This document shows positions 58,429-64,000 of a DNA stretch of 64,000 nucleotides, one piece after another. The translations under genes and the position numbers were made by a program. The notes beneath the pieces were generated by a model, which saw only the letters and a program-made list of their open reading frames with translations, searched no databases and was not told the DNA's origin. This DNA comes from an uncultured delta proteobacterium (GTDB taxonomy: Bacteria; Desulfobacterota; Binatia; UBA9968), in assembly GCA_963737905.1 (NCBI GenBank), contig CAVTUQ010000031.1, positions 16,971-80,970 of the forward strand. The letters are read 5' to 3'. The first letter of the stretch is position 1, and the number at the start of each line of letters is the position of its first letter.

Positions 58429-59643
58429 GTGCATAGCACCAGCGAAATTCTCAAAGGCGTACGGATTTTGACCTTCACGACGGGTTACGCCGGCCCTTAT
58501 GCGGGCAGGTTGTTGGCCGGCTACGGCGCCGAGGTGATCAAGATCGAGTCACGCAAAGGCGGGCTCGACACCTTCCGGCACTATGGTCAACACAAGGATA
58601 TCGACGCGGCGCCCAGATTCATCGAGTGCAATCTCGGCGTGCGTTCGCTGAGCATCAATCTCAAACATCCCACCGGCGCGAGGCTCATCCGGGAGCTGGC
58701 GGGTAAATCGGATGCGATATTGCAGAATTTTCGTCCCAGGGTGCTCGACAAACTTGGCTTGGGCGATGACGAACTCAGAAAAAGTAATCCGAAGCTTGTG
58801 ATTGTAAAACTACCGGGATTCGGCTCTGAAGGTCCTAAAAGCAGCTACGGCACCTGGGGGTTTAATCTCACGGCATTTTCCGGAATGACCTATCTCTGGA
58901 ATCATCCCGACCAAGATCGTCCCATCGGGAGCCAGGGAGTCTACCCTGATCATCTGGGTTTTATCATGGGGCCTACCATTATGGTCGCGGCGCTGCTGCG
59001 CAGTCGTTTGACAGGGAAGGGTGTGTCCATCGATCTGGCACAAATCGAGGGGACGGCCTACACGCTCGGCGTGACCTACTTGGACGCCGCGGTCAATAGC
59101 CATGATCCGCAGCCGAGGGGCAACCGCGATCCGGTCGCGGCGCCGCATGGCTGCTATCGTTGCCAAGGCGAAGATCGCTGGTGTGTGATCTCCGTTCGCA
59201 CCGATGAAGAATGGCGCAACTTCTGTCGGGTCATCGGTCAGGAAGAACTCACCGGTGATGCTCGCTTCGCAAGTGTTCAAGCGCGGGCGCAACACGCATC
59301 GGCGCTCGACGCCATCGCGCAGCAGTGGACGGCAGCGCGAAGCGCGGAGGAAGTGATGACGAAGCTCCAGTCCGCAGGGGTTCCCGCCGGCGTGGTACAG
59401 ACCGGCGCCGATCTCCTCAAGGATGCGCAACTCCGCCACCGAAATTACTTCGCTTCGTTTTCAGACTCCTTGATCGGACCGTTTGAAATTCCCCGCAGCG
59501 GGATCTTGTTCAGAGGAATGACGGAAGGGCCCCTGCGGCTGCCCAATAGGCTTGGCTCCGACAATGATCAAATTCTCGGGGAAATTCTCGGCTACGACAG
59601 GGCGACGATCGACCAATGGCGCGCGGAAGAAATTCTCAGTTAA
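58429..59643 (+). CDS. Class III CoA-transferase (CaiB/BaiF), probable catalytic subunit
   Basis: YAGPYAGRLLAGYGAEVIKIES, QNFRPRVL, PGFGSEGP, GVYPDH with the putative catalytic Asp. Confidence 0.9.
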   Translation: MHSTSEILKGVRILTFTTGYAGPYAGRLLAGYGAEVIKIESRKGGLDTFRHYGQHKDIDAAPRFIECNLGVRSLSINLKHPTGARLIRELAGKSDAILQNFRPRVLDKLGLGDDELRKSNPKLVIVKLPGFGSEGPKSSYGTWGFNLTAFSGMTYLWNHPDQDRPIGSQGVYPDHLGFIMGPTIMVAALLRSRLTGKGVSIDLAQIEGTAYTLGVTYLDAAVNSHDPQPRGNRDPVAAPHGCYRCQGEDRWCVISVRTDEEWRNFCRVIGQEELTGDARFASVQARAQHASALDAIAQQWTAARSAEEVMTKLQSAGVPAGVVQTGADLLKDAQLRHRNYFASFSDSLIGPFEIPRSGILFRGMTEGPLRLPNRLGSDNDQILGEILGYDRATIDQWRAEEILS

Positions 59644-59685
59644 TCGATCTTCAGTGTCGATTCACCGCTGCTGCAGGAGTACAAC

Positions 59686-60672
59686 ATGTGGACTAAATTC
59701 TCTCCCATCGCAATCCTTCTCGTCTTTCTCTTGCAAACTTTGCCGTGCGGCGCCCAAGAGCCCGTCAAACTCCGCGCGAGCGTGGTCGCCAAGACTTTCG
59801 GTTTCGGGCCGCTCTGGGTTGCATCGAAGCAAGGTTTCTTCGCGCAGCAAAAACTGGACGTGGAAATTCTGCTTATCCGCGGTTCTGATGTATCTACCCA
59901 AGCGCTCGCGGGCGGTTCGCTCCAAGTATCGGGTGCCGCTTCCGACGCGCCCATCGCTGCCATCGAACGCGGCCTCGACATGGTGATTGTCGGGGGCATT
60001 ATCAACGGCCTCAGCCAGTCGGTCATGGGGGGCAAGAACTATAAGACCTACGAAGATCTGCGGGGCGCCACCCTCGGAGCTAACAGCCTGACTTCGGGAA
60101 CGGCCTTCGCTTTCCGGCGCGTGCTGAAGGCCAAGGGATTGGAGTACCCGCGGGATTACAAATTGATCAACGTCGGCGGCTCGCCACAACTCCTGGCCGC
60201 GCTGGCTTCCGGCCAGATCGCCGCGGCGCCGCTTTCGCTCCCGCTGAATTATGCTGCGGAAGAACAGGGCTTCAACACCATCGGGCGGTTCATCGACGTC
60301 ATACCGCACTATCAGCTGTCCGTGTATTCGGTTCGGCGTCCCTGGGCTGAAGAAAACCGGCCGGTCATGGTCCGTTTCATGAAAGCCATCGCCCTTGCCA
60401 GCCGTTGGCTCTATGCCAACAAAGATGCAGCAGCGGACCTGCTCGCCAAAGAAGTGGGTCTCAAGCCGTTGTGGGCGCGCAAGGGATGGGAGTTCTACAC
60501 GGAAAAAGGACTCTGGAATCCTGACGGTGATGTCACTCTCGAAGGTCTCCAGGTGGTCTTGCAGATTTACGCCGAGCAAACCCAAGCGAAGGGGCCGCCG
60601 CCCAACGCCGCCAAGTTCGTGGATCAGAGCTATTTGAAGGAAGCGCTAAAGGAATTGGGTGGGCCAAAATAG
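59686..60672 (+). CDS. NMT1/SsuA-type ABC substrate-binding protein
   Basis: Signal peptide; GPLWVASKQGFFAQQKLDV; DLRGATLGA; FVDQSYLKEAL. Confidence 0.9.
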   Translation: MWTKFSPIAILLVFLLQTLPCGAQEPVKLRASVVAKTFGFGPLWVASKQGFFAQQKLDVEILLIRGSDVSTQALAGGSLQVSGAASDAPIAAIERGLDMVIVGGIINGLSQSVMGGKNYKTYEDLRGATLGANSLTSGTAFAFRRVLKAKGLEYPRDYKLINVGGSPQLLAALASGQIAAAPLSLPLNYAAEEQGFNTIGRFIDVIPHYQLSVYSVRRPWAEENRPVMVRFMKAIALASRWLYANKDAAADLLAKEVGLKPLWARKGWEFYTEKGLWNPDGDVTLEGLQVVLQIYAEQTQAKGPPPNAAKFVDQSYLKEALKELGGPK

Positions 60673-60812
60673 CCTATGGCTTATTGCATATAGCTTATGG
60701 CATGTGGATGGTGCCTTTGCCTTCGGTGAATTTCCGAGACGAACCATAAGTCTTGATTAATCTGGCCGTCACCCCTATAAATCAGCGATCATATGTACTG
60801 GATCTACGCTGA

Positions 60813-61349
60813 GTGATTAGCCCGCCTGAGTCTTTTGAAACAGAACGCTTGCGACTAAGGAAGCCGGTCATGGGAGATGCCGACGTCATCTTCGACAAGT
60901 ATGCCCAAGACCCGGACATTACCAAGTATCTCACCTGGCGTCCTAACCGAAGCGTTCGGGAAACCCGAGAATTTCTGCGAGCCATTCTGATCGCTTGGCG
61001 AGAGGGCCGGTCATACCACTGGACGATTGTGCGTAAGGAGGACCAGGAGCTAATGGGAATGATCAATGCCAGAGTCGAGAATCACAAATGGCAGATAGGC
61101 TACATATTAGCTCGTGCCTACTGGGGTAAAGGATACATGACGGAAGCGCTTCGAAAATTGGTTGGATGGGCGCTCGAGCAACCTGAAATCTCCCGGATCT
61201 GGTCGGTGTGCGATATTGAGAATCGGGCGTCTGCCCGTGTGATGGAAAAGGCGGGCATGAGGCGCGAAGGGACTTTGCCTCGCTGGTCAGTCCATCCGAA
61301 CCTGAGTCCGGAGCCGCGGGATTCTTATTGCTATTCGGTCGCTAGGTAG
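60813..61349 (+). CDS. GNAT (RimJ/RimL-like) N-acetyltransferase
   Basis: ETERLRLR, IGYILARAYWGKGYMTEA, NRASARVMEKAGM. Confidence 0.92.
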   Translation: MISPPESFETERLRLRKPVMGDADVIFDKYAQDPDITKYLTWRPNRSVRETREFLRAILIAWREGRSYHWTIVRKEDQELMGMINARVENHKWQIGYILARAYWGKGYMTEALRKLVGWALEQPEISRIWSVCDIENRASARVMEKAGMRREGTLPRWSVHPNLSPEPRDSYCYSVAR

Positions 61350-61404
61350 ATTAGGTTGGCGCGAAGCATTTTTGTGGACGGAGAGCGTCCAGGAGTCTGA
61401 AACC

Positions 61405-62394
61405 ATGCTGAAAATTTTTCTGTCAGTTTTGCTGGCCTTCACTTCAAGTTTTATTTGTTTTGATCCGGTCACCGCGCAGGACCGGGTGCGGGTCGGTTGG
61501 GCGGCGATGACTGCTTCGCACACTCCACTTTGGGTGGCGCAGGAAAAAGGATTTTTAGCTAAGCAAGGCTTGTCGGCGGAACTGATCTTTTTCGGCGCCG
61601 GTCCCCCGGCGATGCAGGCGCTGGTGGCAGGCGACCTCGACATCGTCGTCACGTCCGCGCCCAATGTGGTGAATCCCCGGCTTGGCGGCGCCGATACGGT
61701 GATGATTCTGTCGATCATTCCGACTTTTATCGATCACATTATCAGCGCGCCTAGCATCACGAGCGCTGAACAACTAAAAGGGAAAATCGGGGCGGTCAAT
61801 CGATTCGGCAGCATCTCGGAAATGGGGCTTCGTCTTTCCCTCAGGCGGCTTGGCATCGATCCGGAGAAGGACGTGCGGATCGTTCCCGCGGGGGGAAACC
61901 CAGAGCGGCTAGCGGCCATTTCTAAAGGCATTTCTCAATTTACGATCATGAACGAGCCGTTCATCAAGGAAGCCGAGCGCCTCGGATTTCGCGATCTGGT
62001 CAACATGGCTACGTTAAAAATTCCGTTGCACGGAAACGGCATCGTTACCCGGGAAGCGATCATCAAGACCAAGCGCCCTATGGTGACGAAGTTCGCGCAC
62101 GCCATAACCGAAGCGATCTATTACATTAAGGCCGATAAGGAAGGTACGAAAGCGATCATCGGCAAGTACACCAAATTTACCGATCCCGAGGGGCTGGAGC
62201 GAACTTATAAGAACTACACTTCGGTACTTTTGGATGTGCCTTATGCCGATCCCGCCGGCATGAAAACCTTGCTCGACGATATGGCGCCGAAAAATCCCAA
62301 GGCTGCCGCCGCCGATCCGAAAACATTCGTGGACCCGAGCTTTGTGCAGGAAATGGAGTCGTCAGGATTTATCAAGCAGCTGGCGAAGAGGTGA
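61405..62394 (+). CDS. NMT1/SsuA-type ABC substrate-binding protein
   Basis: Signal peptide; PLWVAQEKGFLAKQGL; QLKGKIGAVNRFG; FVDPSFVQEMESSGFI. Confidence 0.9.
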   Translation: MLKIFLSVLLAFTSSFICFDPVTAQDRVRVGWAAMTASHTPLWVAQEKGFLAKQGLSAELIFFGAGPPAMQALVAGDLDIVVTSAPNVVNPRLGGADTVMILSIIPTFIDHIISAPSITSAEQLKGKIGAVNRFGSISEMGLRLSLRRLGIDPEKDVRIVPAGGNPERLAAISKGISQFTIMNEPFIKEAERLGFRDLVNMATLKIPLHGNGIVTREAIIKTKRPMVTKFAHAITEAIYYIKADKEGTKAIIGKYTKFTDPEGLERTYKNYTSVLLDVPYADPAGMKTLLDDMAPKNPKAAAADPKTFVDPSFVQEMESSGFIKQLAKR

Positions 62395-62784
62395 GGGGTG
62401 AGAAGTGAGGCGAAGCCTGAAGCCTCGGCTGAGCAGGGAATAGCGAGGGAGAGTCGATGAAGCCAAAAGCTTCTTCTGGTGGCTGGCAACATGCCTTTCG
62501 GGCCGAGGCCAAGCAGGCGGAGAGGTAGCTAAGATGGGGTGGCTTACATCCCGTTCGCTAATTGGTACAGACGCAAGATCCGAATTTCTCCGACGGGAGT
62601 TGATGGCGCGGGCACAGAGAGCGATCAAGTAGACGTCGCCGCTGACGCTTACGACCAAAGATCGGCGAGCATAATGGAGAGACCGGGGAAGAGAGTCGGG
62701 TTAAACGGCTCCGCGTTTGAGCTTTGAAGGCGAGGTTATATTGGTCCATGGATAACTCAAGTGGATGAAGACAGGGCAAAAGAC

Positions 62785-62943
62785 ATGAAGACAAAAATCA
62801 CGGTCCTTACTCTTTGCGCTATGCTCTTTGCGCTTTGTATGTCCGCCGAAGCGCAGCAGCCAACGAAAGTCTCCCAGTTAGGATATCTAAATGCTAGCTC
62901 CTATATGTCTTATTTGCGTTTTGCGCTATCATTTGGCTCATGA
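62785..62943 (+). pseudogene. Orphan 5' end of an ABC_sub_bind gene
   Basis: MKTKITVLTLCAMLFALCMSAEAQQPTKVSQLGYL is nearly identical to the start of the gene at 63567; homology stops at ~62890. Confidence 0.85.
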
Positions 62944-63179
62944 GTCCTACCGTTTTCCGAGAGAAGGGTTATCGGTTTTTCTTCTTCTCTCGTGAGGAAT
63001 CGCGGACGCATGTCCACGTCTACTGTGGAGACGGGGAGGCAAAATTCTGGTTAGAACCACACATCGAGTTGGCGAAGAATGTTCGCTTGTCACGCAGTCA
63101 AATCAAGGAGATCGAGCAAATTATCGAGGGGCACTACGATGAGCTTAAGCGCGCTTGGAAAGAACACTTTCCCGATTGA
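62940..63179 (+). CDS. DUF4160 domain protein (putative TA component)
   Basis: MSPTVFREKGYRFFFFSREESRTHVHV...EAKFWLEP...AWKEHF. Confidence 0.9.
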   Translation: MSPTVFREKGYRFFFFSREESRTHVHVYCGDGEAKFWLEPHIELAKNVRLSRSQIKEIEQIIEGHYDELKRAWKEHFPD

Positions 63180-63399
63180 AGTTACACATGTTTCGAATCA
63201 TGGCGTCTGGTTGTTGGCAGGCGACCACGAGTTGTTCATGTCCTATGAAGATTTTCCATGGTTTAAAGACGTGCCAGTGGGAACAATTCTAAACGTGGAA
63301 GAGCCAACGCCGGGCCACTTCTACTGGCCCGATCTCGATGTTGATTTGAGCGAAGAAATCATCTCTCACCCAGAAAGGTTTCCTCTTAAAGCCAAGTAA
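63139..63399 (+). CDS. DUF2442 domain protein (putative TA component)
   Basis: EVTHVSNHGVWLL...YEDFPWFK...HFYWPDLDVDL...HPERFPL; overlaps the DUF4160 gene. Confidence 0.9.
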   Translation: MSLSALGKNTFPIEVTHVSNHGVWLLAGDHELFMSYEDFPWFKDVPVGTILNVEEPTPGHFYWPDLDVDLSEEIISHPERFPLKAK

Positions 63400-63420
63400 C
63401 TCAGGACTGGTGCTAACCGG

Positions 63421-63513
63421 ACGAAGTTCGAGTTCATCATCAATCTGAAGACAGCCAGATAGATAAGCCTGACGATTCCACCGGACGTGCTCGCACGAGC
63501 GAACAAGCTGACT
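63421..63513 (+). pseudogene. Orphan decayed 3' end of an ABC_sub_bind gene
   Basis: TKFEFIINLKTAR*ISLTIPPDVLARANKLT. Confidence 0.85.
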
Positions 63514-63566
63514 ATGCGAGAAGGGGCGAGTGTCAAGTGACAAGTGGAGAGAGACAGGCAAAAAAC

Positions 63567-64000
63567 ATGAAGACAAAAATCACCGTCCTTACTCTTTGCG
63601 CTATGCTCTTTGCGCTTTGCGTTTCCGCTCAGGCGCAGCAGACGATGAAGGTCCCCCAGATTGGATACCTAGGGGGTGTCTCCCTTTCCGCTAACACGGC
63701 CCGCCACGAGGCATTCCGCCAGGGACTGCGCGAGATTCACTACGTTGAGGGTAAAAACATCGTCATTGATTGGCGATCCGCCGACGGAAAACTCGAGCGC
63801 CTTCCCGCACTCGCGGCCGAAATGGTGCATCTCAAGTTAGACATCATCGTCACGAGCGGTGCGAGCGCAACCCGTGCCGCCAAGGAAGCGACCACTACGA
63901 TTCCCATTGTTATGACGAACGATCCCGATCCCGTTGGCGACGGTATCGTTCCCAGCCTGGCGCGGTGTGGTGGAAACATCACGGGACTGTCTACCCTTGC
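63567..64000 (+). CDS. ABC_sub_bind family substrate-binding protein (runs off window end)
   Basis: Open frame MKTKITVLTLCAMLFALCVSAQAQQ...VPQIGYL...YVEGKNIVID...TIPIVM...GGNITG. Confidence 0.9.
   Translation, partial: MKTKITVLTLCAMLFALCVSAQAQQTMKVPQIGYLGGVSLSANTARHEAFRQGLREIHYVEGKNIVIDWRSADGKLERLPALAAEMVHLKLDIIVTSGASATRAAKEATTTIPIVMTNDPDPVGDGIVPSLARCGGNITGLSTL

Noticed and set aside
62400-62730. Possible ncRNA or gene remnant in this intergenic region
   Set aside because: Some hairpin potential, but no recognisable RNA family or protein motif. An Rfam/BLAST search is needed.
1-64000. tRNA-Sec, selABD, rRNA or tRNA genes
   Set aside because: None recognised by eye. The Sec machinery must lie elsewhere in the genome if the selenoprotein calls are right.

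Overview
A 64-kb window of moderately GC-rich bacterial accessory-metabolism DNA. Its content suggests Candidatus Binatia/Binatota, which is an inference from gene-family expansions only. It contains: (i) a sigma54-led glycan locus (GH-GT2 fusion, ABC exporter, GT-like protein, GH50-like hydrolase, ChbG deacetylase, NodS-like and other methyltransferases), followed by opgC and two SGNH genes; (ii) seven Amidohydro_2 metallo-hydrolase/decarboxylase genes and about ten NMT1/SsuA-type binding proteins, mostly without their own permeases; (iii) an IS3-family element inserted in a PIN toxin gene with a 3-bp target duplication; (iv) a tandem, mosaic array of ABC_sub_bind binding-protein genes whose terminal fragments bracket toxin-antitoxin cassettes; (v) a hydroxycinnamoyl-CoA lyase / acyl-CoA dehydrogenase / paired CoA-transferase operon. 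The main signal is missed by the ORF track. Two paralogous selenoprotein genes (38460..39002 and 49550..50089) each have an in-frame TGA in a U-G-S-C motif, each with a SECIS-like hairpin whose loop lies 19 nt downstream. Each is followed by a paralogous ~350-aa uncharacterised partner gene and binding proteins, which points to a duplicated selenium-dependent redox module of unknown function. Many intergenic spaces carry degenerate 7-9-nt tandem repeats and palindromes. Several genes have single-base frameshifts that may be assembly errors. No rRNA, tRNA or CRISPR array was recognised. All calls are from manual reading; no database searches were run.
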